From Bacteroidales bacterium H4 (GTDB taxonomy: Bacteria; Bacillota; Clostridia; Lachnospirales; Lachnospiraceae): a DNA stretch of 64,000 nucleotides. The stretch covers positions 7,150 through 71,149 of the forward strand of contig CAVJMX010000002.1 of the NCBI GenBank assembly GCA_963650795.1, given 5' to 3'. The notes beneath the pieces were generated by a model. It made no database searches and was not told the DNA's origin. It saw only the letters and a list, made by a program, of their open reading frames with translations. The position numbers and the translations under genes are program-made. Below, piece by piece: positions 30,012 to 38,308 of this stretch (within the stretch, counting starts at the first letter, position 1; each line of letters begins with the position of its first letter).

Positions 30012-30728
30012 ATGGGTATTTTGGAGATTGTCCTGCTGATTGCGGGAATCATAATATTTACAGGAAGTTTCTTTTTGCCGCTTGGCGGGGAAAAAAACGC
30101 AGCAATTGATAAAAAAGCAGCAAAAGAAGAGATCCACGGTCTGGTGGAAGAGGAAATGAACACTGTCCGCAGTAAAATGCAGGACAAAATGGAAGAGACC
30201 TCTGAGGACGCGATAGAGAAAGCAGAACGCTCTCTGGAACGTCTGACCAATGAGAAGATCATGGCAGTTAATGAATATTCCGACACAGTATTACAGGAGA
30301 TTCATAAAAATCATGAAGAAGTAATGTTCTTATATGATATGCTGAACAGCAAACACGCAAATATCAAGGATACCGTATCCAAAATGGATAAGGCGGTCAA
30401 AGCGTCGGAAAACAAGACATCGGAAAATAAAACGGCGGAAAATAAAGCAGCTGCAGATAAGAACGCCGTAGATAAGACAGCCGCAGATAAGACCGCCGGG
30501 ACGATGGCGGAAGAGAAAACAGCGGATACTTCCCGGACAGAATCTCTTATACAGCCGGAGAATTCTCCCGAGATCGGATTTATGGGAGAGACGGTGCAGG
30601 AGGGGCAGAACAATAACGAGAAGATCCTTGAAATGCACAGACAGGGCAAATCCACAGTGGCAATTGCCAAAGAACTGGGACTGGGTGTCGGAGAGGTAAA
30701 GCTTGTGATCGACCTGTACAAGGCCTGA
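30012..30728 (+). CDS. DUF6115-like protein (N-terminal TM, coiled coil, C-terminal HTH-like)
   Basis: C-terminal GKSTVAIAKELGLGVGEVKLVIDL. Confidence 0.75.
   Translation: MGILEIVLLIAGIIIFTGSFFLPLGGEKNAAIDKKAAKEEIHGLVEEEMNTVRSKMQDKMEETSEDAIEKAERSLERLTNEKIMAVNEYSDTVLQEIHKNHEEVMFLYDMLNSKHANIKDTVSKMDKAVKASENKTSENKTAENKAAADKNAVDKTAADKTAGTMAEEKTADTSRTESLIQPENSPEIGFMGETVQEGQNNNEKILEMHRQGKSTVAIAKELGLGVGEVKLVIDLYKA
30405..30494 (+). repeat. Six imperfect 15-bp in-frame repeats
   Basis: SENKT SENKT AENKA AADKN AVDKT AADKT. Confidence 0.75.
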
Positions 30729-30771
30729 TAAGAATCGTGCGAAGCAAGGATAAGGACGGAGAAATACAATA

Positions 30772-31428
30772 ATGAAGTTAAAATATTATCTGCGCGGTCT
30801 CGGGATCGGAATGGCTGTAACGGCACTGATTTTAGGAATCAGTTTTTCCGGCAGACAGGGACAAGAGGCGCAGACACTGACAGATGAGCAGATCAGAGAG
30901 AGGGCTTCGGAACTGGAGATGGTGGACAGCAGCGAACTGACCCTGGCTGCACTCGCGAGTAGTGCGGCACAGACACCGGAAGCCACAATAGAGCCGGAAG
31001 CCGCAGCAGAGCCTGAAACAACGACAGAGCCTGAGGCAACCACAGAGTCGAAAATGGCGACAGAGCCTGAGGCAACTGCAGAGCCTGAAACAACGACAGA
31101 GCCTGAGGCAACCGCAGAGCCTGAAACAATGACAGAGCCTGAGGCAACCACAGAGCCGAAAATGACGACAGAGCCTGAGGCAACAGCAGAGCCTGAATTA
31201 ATCACAGCACCGGAACAGTCACAGACAACCATTACTATTAAGAAAGGATCCGATTCCGGAAGTGTCAGCAGAATGCTCTATGAGGCAGGTCTGGTGGAGA
31301 ATGCGAAAGCATTTGACAATTATTTATGTAATAACGGATACAGTCGCAGCATCAATCCCGGCATCTATGAAATAGCTCCCGGGACTTCGGAAGAAGAAAT
31401 TGCCAAAATAATCACAGGAAAACATTAA
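30772..31428 (+). CDS. Membrane-anchored protein with YceG/MltG N-terminal-like domain and repeat linker
   Basis: YYLRGLGIG TM; C-terminal ITIKKG...SRMLYEAGLV....FDNYL....INPGIYEI; no MltG catalytic domain. Confidence 0.75.
   Translation: MKLKYYLRGLGIGMAVTALILGISFSGRQGQEAQTLTDEQIRERASELEMVDSSELTLAALASSAAQTPEATIEPEAAAEPETTTEPEATTESKMATEPEATAEPETTTEPEATAEPETMTEPEATTEPKMTTEPEATAEPELITAPEQSQTTITIKKGSDSGSVSRMLYEAGLVENAKAFDNYLCNNGYSRSINPGIYEIAPGTSEEEIAKIITGKH
30991..31197 (+). repeat. About 11.5 tandem 18-bp repeats encoding EPE(A/T)T(T/A)
   Basis: GAGCCTGAGGCAACC / GAGCCTGAAACAACG units alternating. Confidence 0.92.
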
Positions 31429-31451
31429 AAACCCCTTGCCACAGGGGTTTT
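31428..31451 (+). terminator. Putative terminator at end of fla/che operon
   Basis: AAAACCCCT-TGCCAC-AGGGGTTTT. Confidence 0.65.
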
Positions 31452-31464
31452 CCTATGTTATAAT
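31436..31464 (+). promoter_or_regulatory. Sigma-A promoter of rpsB-tsf
   Basis: TTGCCA-N17-TATAAT with extended -10 TGn. Confidence 0.8.
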
Positions 31465-31469
31465 CGCAC

Positions 31470-31610
31470 TGTTGTGACAAAAAACACGCCTTTCGATTTG
31501 ACGATGGTGCTTACTGTTTTTACAGAAGTCTTTGTCAGAGCTAACCGGGTTCTTAACGCGTCCCGGCAGAAAAGAAAAGCGGAAGATTTTAACCAAACGG
31601 AGGTAAAGAC
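31470..31610 (+). promoter_or_regulatory. rpsB 5' leader, probable S2 autoregulatory structure
   Basis: ~140-nt UTR with stems (e.g. CCGGG/CCCGG, CTGT/ACAG); S2 autoregulation is known in other bacteria, so the call is by position. Confidence 0.5.
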
Positions 31611-32366
31611 ATGAGCGTTATTTCTATGAAACAGTTACTTGAAGCAGGTGTTCATTTTGGACATCAGACCAGAAGATGGAACCCTAAGATGGCTCCTTAC
31701 ATCTTCACCGAGAGAAACGGTATCCACATCATCGATCTGCAGAAGTCTGTAGTTAAGGTTGATGAGGCTTACAAGGCAGTATCCGAGATCGCTGCACAGG
31801 GCGGCACCATTCTGTTCGTTGGTACCAAGAAGCAGGCACAGGACGCTGTAAAGGTTGAGGCTGAGCGTTGCGGTATGTACTATGTAAACGAGAGATGGTT
31901 AGGTGGTATGCTGACCAACTTCAGAACCATCCAGTCCCGTATCGCAAGACTGCATGCAATCGAGACCATGTCTCAGGACGGTACTTTCGATGTACTGCCT
32001 AAGAAGGAAGTTATTCAGTTAAAGAAAGAATGGGAGAAGCTGGAGAAGAACCTGGGCGGTATCAAGAACATGACCAGAGTTCCCGATGCTATCTTCGTTG
32101 TAGATCCTAAGAAGGAAAGAATTTGTGTACAGGAAGCACATGCACTGGGCATCACCCTGATCGGCATCGGCGATACCAACTGTGATCCCGAAGAGCTGGA
32201 TTACATCATCCCCGGTAACGATGATGCAATCAGAGCCGTTAAGCTGATCGTTTCCAAGATGGCTGACGCTGTCATCGAAGCTAAGCAGGGCGAGGCTGTA
32301 TACAGCGATGCTGATGTAGCTACCGAAGCAGAGGATATCGAAGAGGTTGCAGCTGACGCTGAATAA
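31611..32366 (+). CDS. rpsB: 30S ribosomal protein S2
   Basis: [27 protein letters not shown]. Confidence 0.99.
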   Translation: MSVISMKQLLEAGVHFGHQTRRWNPKMAPYIFTERNGIHIIDLQKSVVKVDEAYKAVSEIAAQGGTILFVGTKKQAQDAVKVEAERCGMYYVNERWLGGMLTNFRTIQSRIARLHAIETMSQDGTFDVLPKKEVIQLKKEWEKLEKNLGGIKNMTRVPDAIFVVDPKKERICVQEAHALGITLIGIGDTNCDPEELDYIIPGNDDAIRAVKLIVSKMADAVIEAKQGEAVYSDADVATEAEDIEEVAADAE

Positions 32367-32468
32367 TCCGATTCCATAAGAGAAGCATAGGAACCCAGAT
32401 TGCGATGCCTGTCATTACGGTCTGGGTTCTTGAGGATAATATATTAATTAAGAAGAGAGGATAAAAAA

Positions 32469-33569
32469 ATGGCAATTACCGCATCTATGGTAAAAGAGCT
32501 CCGTGAAATGACCGGCGCTGGTATGATGGATTGTAAGAAGGCTCTGAACGAGACAAATGGAGATATGGACGCAGCTGTTGAGTTCCTGAGAAAGAACGGA
32601 CAGGCTAAAGCTGAGAAGAAGGCAAGCCGTATCGCAGCAGAAGGTGTTGCACGTGCAGCAATCTCCGCAGACGGCAAGACCGCTTGCGTTATCGAAGTTA
32701 ACTCCGAAACCGACTTCGTTGCAAAGAACGAGACCTTTACTTCTTTTGTAGAGGCTGTTAATGCAGCTGCTTTGGCATCCGATTTACAGGGTGGCAAGGA
32801 TGGCGAAGATATCGAAGCACTGTTGGCTGCTCCTTTCGAAGGTGCAACCGTTAAGGAAGCTCTGGTAGAGAAGACCGCTACTATCGGTGAGAAGCTGTCC
32901 ATCCGTCGTTTCGAGAAGGTATCCGGAGATGTAGCAGTATCCTACATTCACGGTGGCGGACGTATCGGTGTTATCGTTGCAGCTAACGGTGCATCCGATG
33001 ACGCAGCAAGAGAAGCACTGACCAACATCGCTATGCAGGTAGCAGCTATGAATCCTACCTACATCAGCAGAAATGATATTTCCGCAGAAGAGCTGGCTAA
33101 GTTACAGGAGATCACTGTTGACGCAGCTCTGAACGATCCTGCATCTCTGCCTAAGCCCATCCTGAACAAGCTGATCGATAAGGCTATGAACAGTTCCGCA
33201 TGGAGCGATGAGGATAAGGCTATCTACGAAGAGAAGAAGAGCAACATGAACTACCTGTTCAACTTCCTGCCCAAGGAAGCAGCAGCTGCTCTGGCTGAGC
33301 TGGCTATGGCTGACAAGGACGCTATCGTATCTGATAAGATCTTCAAGGGTCTGGCAGACGGTCGTGTATCCAAGCAGCTGAAGGAGATCTGCCTGTTAGA
33401 TCAGACCTATGTTAAGGCTGAGGACGGCAAGCAGACCGTAGCTAAGTATTTAGAGAGCGTTAACAAGGCTCTGACCATCGCTAAGGTTGTTCGTTTCGAA
33501 GTTGGCGAAGGCATGGAGAAGAAGAACGAGGACTTCGCAGCAGAAGTTGCCGCTCAGATGAACGCTTAA
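32469..33569 (+). CDS. tsf: Translation elongation factor Ts
   Basis: VKELREMTGAGMMDCKKAL; EVNSETDFVA. Confidence 0.99.
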   Translation: MAITASMVKELREMTGAGMMDCKKALNETNGDMDAAVEFLRKNGQAKAEKKASRIAAEGVARAAISADGKTACVIEVNSETDFVAKNETFTSFVEAVNAAALASDLQGGKDGEDIEALLAAPFEGATVKEALVEKTATIGEKLSIRRFEKVSGDVAVSYIHGGGRIGVIVAANGASDDAAREALTNIAMQVAAMNPTYISRNDISAEELAKLQEITVDAALNDPASLPKPILNKLIDKAMNSSAWSDEDKAIYEEKKSNMNYLFNFLPKEAAAALAELAMADKDAIVSDKIFKGLADGRVSKQLKEICLLDQTYVKAEDGKQTVAKYLESVNKALTIAKVVRFEVGEGMEKKNEDFAAEVAAQMNA

Positions 33570-33587
33570 TTATAACGGATTATGTAG

Positions 33588-33615
33588 AAAAGGCATGCGT
33601 GAGTATGCCTTTTTT
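33588..33615 (+). terminator. Intrinsic, likely bidirectional terminator after tsf
   Basis: AAAAGGCAT-N8-ATGCCTTTTTT. Confidence 0.85.
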
Positions 33616-33706
33616 ATATTGAAAGTTACGAAAGCATAGCCGCGCATAGAAAACAAGAAAGCCTGGGCGTGGACGCTTGAGCACAAATCCCAGGCTTATT
33701 CGATAC

Positions 33707-33902
33707 GCGGGGCGTAATCATCAATAATAGTCAATTAAGCCCCGGTGGTTTACGTTATGCGGGGCGTAATCATCAATAATAAGTCAATTAAGCCCCGGTG
33801 GTTTACGTTATGCGGGGCGTAATCATCAATAATAGTCAATCAAGCCCCGGTAGTCTTACATTACGCGGGGTGTAATCGTCAAATCTTGTGTGTAACGCCC
33901 CG
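33707..33902 (+). repeat. Tandem array A: three 52-53-bp units plus a diverged fourth
   Basis: GCGGGGCGTAATCATCAATAATAGTCAATTAAGCCCCGGTGGTTTACGTTAT; units start at 33707, 33759, 33812, 33865. Confidence 0.95.
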
Positions 33903-33914
33903 TACCTTGGTTTC

Positions 33915-34028
33915 AGGGTACAGAGGAGCTTGCTCCTGTCTCCTGCGCCCACGTTGAGGCGTAAGAAGGGTACAGAGAAGCTTGTCCTGTCTGCTGTGCC
34001 CACGTTGAGGCGAAAGAAAGGGCACAGG
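33915..34028 (+). repeat. Tandem array B: two 52-bp units plus the start of a third
   Basis: AGGGTACAGAG..GCTTG..CCTGTCT.CTG.GCCCACGTTGAGGCG.AAGA; units start at 33915, 33967, 34019. Confidence 0.9.
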
Positions 34029-34229
34029 CGGGCGCTCCACATTTATTGGCAGTTCTCCGCAATGAGCCACGCTATTCATAAGATTGTCAGCAAAAGGCGC
34101 TGCCAATCTTATTTCATATCGCGGCGTTCGCCGCATCACGGCATAAGTAAAGACAGCGATTTGTGCGCAAGCGCCCATCGCTGTCCTCACTATGCCTATG
34201 CGCGGCTCATTGCTCGCGTAACTTTCAAT

Positions 34230-35327
34230 TTATCGATAGAACTCCACAAGGGAATCCAGCTTTGCTGACATATTCATCATCATGGCATCCAACACAGTGA
34301 TGGCGGTCATGCATTCCATGACGACCACAGCTCTGGGGACGATGATGGGATCGTGGCGTCCGCGGATGGTCAGCTCGGTATTTTCTCCGGAGCGGTTCAC
34401 CGTCTGCTGGGGCTGGAAAATCGAAGGGGTCGGTTTTACATAGGCGCGGACAATGACAGGACTTCCGTCGCTCATACCGCCTAAAATACCGCCGGAATGA
34501 TTACTGACTTTCACAACTTTGCCGTTCTCCATGCGGAAAGGATCGTTGTTCTCACTGCCGGTATGGCGGGAAGCTTCGGCACCATCGCCGATCTCCACGG
34601 ATTTCACGGCACCGATGGACATAATGGCTTTCGCCAGGTTGGCATCCAGCTTCTCGAAGACCGGATCGCCGATACCTGCGGGAAGACCCTCCACGAGGCA
34701 TTCCATGCAGCCGCCGACGGAATCACAGACTTCTCTTGCCTGCTGCAGATAAGCACAGGCTTTTTCATCTGCTTCTGCATCCGGCATGGCAGTAATGGTG
34801 GAACGGGCAGTGCTTCGGTCAAATTTTGCAAAATCTATGTCTACGGGACCGATGGAACGGGTGTAGGCGAAGACGGTAATGCCCATCTGCTCTAAGATCT
34901 TCGCGGCAATCGCTCCGGCAGCGACGCGCCCGATAGTCTCACGACCTGAGGAACGTCCGCCACCCCGGTAATCCCGGAAACCGTATTTTGCATCAAAACA
35001 ATAATCCGCATGACCGGGGCGATAGTTCTCGGCAATCTCACTGTAATCGGCAGAGATCTGGGAAGTATTGCGCACCATCAGGGAGATAGGGGTACCGGTG
35101 GTCTTGCCCTCGAAGACGCCGGAGAGAATCTCCACCTGATCGGCTTCCTTGCGCTGGGTGGTGATGGCGCTGGTGCCGGGCTTGCGGCGGTCTAAATATT
35201 TCTGTATATCTTCTTCGGAGAGAGGAAGCCCGGCGGGACAGCCGTCTACGACGACACCTAATGCCTTTCCGTGGGATTCTCCCCAGGTAGTGATCTTGAA
35301 AATGTTACCGAATGATGAACCTGCCAT
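34230..35327 (-). CDS. aroC: Chorismate synthase
   Basis: TWGESHG, RPGHAD, GGRSSGRET, RGRHDP. Confidence 0.98.
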   Translation of the reverse strand: MAGSSFGNIFKITTWGESHGKALGVVVDGCPAGLPLSEEDIQKYLDRRKPGTSAITTQRKEADQVEILSGVFEGKTTGTPISLMVRNTSQISADYSEIAENYRPGHADYCFDAKYGFRDYRGGGRSSGRETIGRVAAGAIAAKILEQMGITVFAYTRSIGPVDIDFAKFDRSTARSTITAMPDAEADEKACAYLQQAREVCDSVGGCMECLVEGLPAGIGDPVFEKLDANLAKAIMSIGAVKSVEIGDGAEASRHTGSENNDPFRMENGKVVKVSNHSGGILGGMSDGSPVIVRAYVKPTPSIFQPQQTVNRSGENTELTIRGRHDPIIVPRAVVVMECMTAITVLDAMMMNMSAKLDSLVEFYR

Positions 35328-35472
35328 GGTAGTTCTCCTTTTCTTTTATCATTGATTATACGCAATTCCCGAAAAAATCGCAACTTTTTTATAGAAAAAG
35401 GATGCAACGGAATATAAAGTATGCTATCATAAGTCATAAGTACTAACGGGAAGTAAAAGGTCGAATATACAA

Positions 35473-36546
35473 ATGGAAAAAACAACGGAAGAGAAAGCCA
35501 GGGCAAAACTTCTGAAATTTGGGAAAAAGAATCGATGGAACAGGGCGGTAGCAGTGCCGCTGCTGTTTTTTGTGATGTCTTTTTTTCATGTCCGGAATTA
35601 TTGCAGGAATAACGGAAAACGTTTTGCCGTAATGCTGGGGACCTTTTTCCTGTTTGCGGTATACAGCAGTTTTTCCTTCCCGGCGTTTATTACGGAAGAT
35701 GCGGGAAATGATTATGAACTGAAGAATACGGAGGCTGCCAATATCTCTCTGGCGGAGGAGAAGGAACCGGATATGGCGGGAATGGAACTCTTAGAAGATG
35801 AGGATGTGCTGGAACAGTCGGATTACAACAGTTCTTCCCACGGCTATGCCCTGGTGGATAAATACGATGCTTCGGATATTTTACAGGCTTCGGAATCTAT
35901 CGTAAGTGAAAATGCGGAAGCAGAAGACGGCACAGATTCCGTAGAACAACAGGAATTCCGTTCGGATGACTGGCGGTTGGTTCTGATTAACAAGCAGAAC
36001 TCCATCCCGGAGGATTACACGTTCCAGCTGGGTACCATCAAGGGCTCCATGCAGTGCGATAAGAGAATCTTAGAAGACCTCCTTGCCATGCTGGAAGCTG
36101 CGGAGCAGGACGGTGTGAATCTGACGATCTGTTCCCCTTACCGGGATCTGGAATACCAGCAGATGCTGTTCAACCGTAAGATCAAGCGCTATATGAACCG
36201 CGGCATGTCGTATATGGAAGCTTATCAGCTCTCCAGCCAGGCGGTGACGGTACCGGGCGCCAGTGAGCATCAGATCGGACTGGCATTAGATATTGTGTGC
36301 AATGAGTATATGTCGTTGGATGAAGGCTTCGGCGATACGAAGGCAGGAAAATGGCTGGCAGCCAACAGCTGTCGTTTTGGATTTATTTTAAGATACCCGG
36401 AGGGCAAGGAAAATATCACCGGGATCGAGTATGAGCCGTGGCATTTCCGCTATGTGGGGAAAGCCGCAGCCCCTGTGATCATGGAACAGGGCATAACATT
36501 AGAAGAATTCTGGGAGGAATATGTAGAAGATGTATCGATTGATTAA
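35473..36546 (+). CDS. Membrane-anchored M15B D-Ala-D-Ala carboxypeptidase (VanY-like family)
   Basis: SPYR, SEHQIGLALD (SxHxxGxAxD) and YEPWHFRYVG (ExxH) zinc motifs. Confidence 0.92.
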   Translation: MEKTTEEKARAKLLKFGKKNRWNRAVAVPLLFFVMSFFHVRNYCRNNGKRFAVMLGTFFLFAVYSSFSFPAFITEDAGNDYELKNTEAANISLAEEKEPDMAGMELLEDEDVLEQSDYNSSSHGYALVDKYDASDILQASESIVSENAEAEDGTDSVEQQEFRSDDWRLVLINKQNSIPEDYTFQLGTIKGSMQCDKRILEDLLAMLEAAEQDGVNLTICSPYRDLEYQQMLFNRKIKRYMNRGMSYMEAYQLSSQAVTVPGASEHQIGLALDIVCNEYMSLDEGFGDTKAGKWLAANSCRFGFILRYPEGKENITGIEYEPWHFRYVGKAAAPVIMEQGITLEEFWEEYVEDVSID

Positions 36547-37663
36547 ACAGGAAGGACGCGCCAAAAGAGGAGAATTTACCACCGTACACGGTGTGATCCA
36601 GACCCCTGTATTTATGAATGTAGGAACTGTAGCGGCAATCAAGGGAGCCGTGTCCACTGCTGACTTAGAGCAGATCGGAACGCAGGTGGAACTGTCCAAC
36701 ACCTACCATCTGCACGTAAGACCGGGAGACAAGATCATCAAACAGATGGGCGGACTGCACAAGTTCATGTCCTGGAACAAGCCGATCCTGACGGATTCCG
36801 GCGGATTCCAGGTGTTTTCCCTGGCAGGACTGCGCAAGATCAAGGAAGAGGGTGTTACCTTCCGCTCTCATATTGACGGTCATAAGATCTTCATGGGACC
36901 GGAGGAGAGTATGCAGATCCAGTCCAATCTGGGATCTACCATTGCCATGGCATTCGATGAGTGCGCTCCCAGTAAGGCAGAGCGCGATTATGTACAGAAT
37001 TCCGTGGAACGTACCACCAGATGGCTGCAAAGATGCCAGGCGGAGATGAAACGCCTGAACAGTTTAGAGGACACTGTGAATCCCCACCAGCTGCTGTTCG
37101 GTATCAATCAGGGAGCGGTCTATGAGGATATCCGCATTGAACATGCCAAGAGAATTGCGGATATGAACCTGGATGGTTATGCGGTAGGCGGTCTGGCTGT
37201 CGGCGAGACCCACGAAGAGATGTATCATATCCTGGAGGAAGTAGTACCGTACCTGCCGGTGGATAAGCCCACATACCTTATGGGCGTGGGAACTCCGGCG
37301 AATATTCTGGAAGGCGTGGAGAGAGGTATTGATTTCTTCGACTGTGTATATCCTACGAGAAACGGACGTCACGGACATCTGTATACCAACCACGGCAAGA
37401 TCAATCTGTTCAATGCGAAATACGAGCTGGATGATAGACCCATCGAGGAAGGCTGCGGCTGTCCGGCATGTCAGAGATATTCCAGAGCATATATCCGCCA
37501 CCTGTTAAAGGCAAAGGAAATGTTAGGCATGCGTCTCTGTGTACTGCATAATCTGTATTTCTACAATACGATGATGACAGAGATCCGGGATGCTTTGGAC
37601 GAGGGACGCTTCGCAGAGTATAAGAAGCATAAGCTCGATTCCATGGCAACACCCCTGGAATAA
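36530..37663 (+). CDS. tgt: tRNA-guanine transglycosylase
   Basis: TPVFMNVGT, DSGGFQ, FDEC, GGLAVGE, CGCPAC zinc site. Confidence 0.98.
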   Translation: MYRLIKQEGRAKRGEFTTVHGVIQTPVFMNVGTVAAIKGAVSTADLEQIGTQVELSNTYHLHVRPGDKIIKQMGGLHKFMSWNKPILTDSGGFQVFSLAGLRKIKEEGVTFRSHIDGHKIFMGPEESMQIQSNLGSTIAMAFDECAPSKAERDYVQNSVERTTRWLQRCQAEMKRLNSLEDTVNPHQLLFGINQGAVYEDIRIEHAKRIADMNLDGYAVGGLAVGETHEEMYHILEEVVPYLPVDKPTYLMGVGTPANILEGVERGIDFFDCVYPTRNGRHGHLYTNHGKINLFNAKYELDDRPIEEGCGCPACQRYSRAYIRHLLKAKEMLGMRLCVLHNLYFYNTMMTEIRDALDEGRFAEYKKHKLDSMATPLE

Positions 37664-37716
37664 GCCGTGGATCATCGGAGTTTAGAGGAATTTCATACAA
37701 TTTTATGCAAAAAGAC

Positions 37717-37745
37717 TTGCCCCGTAAGCTTTTTTTGTGTATCAT
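37717..37745 (+). promoter_or_regulatory. Putative sigma-A promoter of yajC
   Basis: TTGCCC-N17-TATCAT. Confidence 0.5.
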
Positions 37746-37798
37746 ACTTACTTGTACAGAAAGTTTTACAGGCGTAATACGCCGGAATGGAGGAACAA

Positions 37799-38122
37799 AT
37801 GGGTATTTTATTAACTGAGTCAGAGGCTGCTGCAGCAGGTTCCGGAACCAGCATGATCCTTATGCTTCTTGTATATGCAGTATTGATCGGTGCAATGTGG
37901 TTTTTCTTCATGAGACCGCAGAAGAAGGAACAGAAGAGAGTAGCTGCGATGCTGTCCAACTTAGAGACAGGTGACTGCGTTCTGACCACTTCCGGTTTCT
38001 ATGGCATCGTGATCGACATTACAGATGATACTGTAATCGTTGAGTTCGGTAACAATAAGAATTGCCGTATCCCTATGGAGAAGTCTGCCATCAGCAAGGT
38101 TGAGAAGACCGGCGAGAATTAA
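37799..38122 (+). CDS. yajC: Preprotein translocase subunit YajC
   Basis: TM then RPQKKEQK...GD.VLTTSGFYG; SD GGAGG before ATG 37799. Confidence 0.95.
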   Translation: MGILLTESEAAAAGSGTSMILMLLVYAVLIGAMWFFFMRPQKKEQKRVAAMLSNLETGDCVLTTSGFYGIVIDITDDTVIVEFGNNKNCRIPMEKSAISKVEKTGEN

Positions 38123-38131
38123 GAAGAATCC

Positions 38132-38170
38132 AAAAAGGAGCAATACCAAAAGTGGGTATTGCTCCTTTTT
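38132..38170 (+). terminator. Intrinsic terminator after yajC
   Basis: 16-bp perfect stem AAAAAGGAGCAATACC / GGTATTGCTCCTTTTT. Confidence 0.9.
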
Positions 38171-38218
38171 CTTGATTTATTTTAATATGCAAAATTGTAT
38201 TTATGTTAATTTTCAATA

Positions 38219-38247
38219 TTGAAATTTCACATAGTATCAGTTATTAT
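38219..38247 (+). promoter_or_regulatory. Putative sigma-A promoter of leuB-ilvD-ilvB
   Basis: TTGAAA-N17-TATTAT. Confidence 0.55.
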
Positions 38248-38308
38248 GAAATAAGTATTTTACTTAGAAAATACAGGAAATATCACAAGAAACGAGGAAA
38301 ATAACACT

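Larger units (their letters stand above)
33618..34229. mobile_element. Putative non-autonomous MITE-like structured element (612 bp)
   Basis: Imperfect ~32-bp terminal inverted repeats (outer 13 bp ATTGAAAGTTACG perfect), TTAT directly repeated on both flanks, internal hairpin arrays, no credible ORF. Confidence 0.7.

Noticed and set aside
32390..32430. Hairpin between rpsB and tsf as a terminator or sRNA
   Set aside because: No U-tract; more likely an ordinary intercistronic stability or attenuation stem.
33707..34028. CRISPR array (regular repeats; the ATTGAAAG end resembles CRISPR repeat 3' ends)
   Set aside because: Units are near-identical end to end with no unique spacers, ATTGAAAG occurs only at the element ends, and there are no cas genes in the window.
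33836..34268. ORFs 33836-34042(-), 33879-34190(-) and 33888-34268(+) as proteins or a transposase
   Set aside because: They are translations of the repeats, with no SD, no recognisable motif and atypical composition.
35473..36546. vanY as part of a vancomycin-resistance cluster
   Set aside because: No vanHAX, ligase or vanRS nearby; M15B carboxypeptidases are common housekeeping enzymes.
36530..37663. TGT as a queuine-salvaging or DNA-modifying (DpdA) variant because queA is not adjacent
   Set aside because: FDEC and GGLAVGE match standard preQ1-type bacterial TGT in the usual tgt-yajC context; queA may lie elsewhere.
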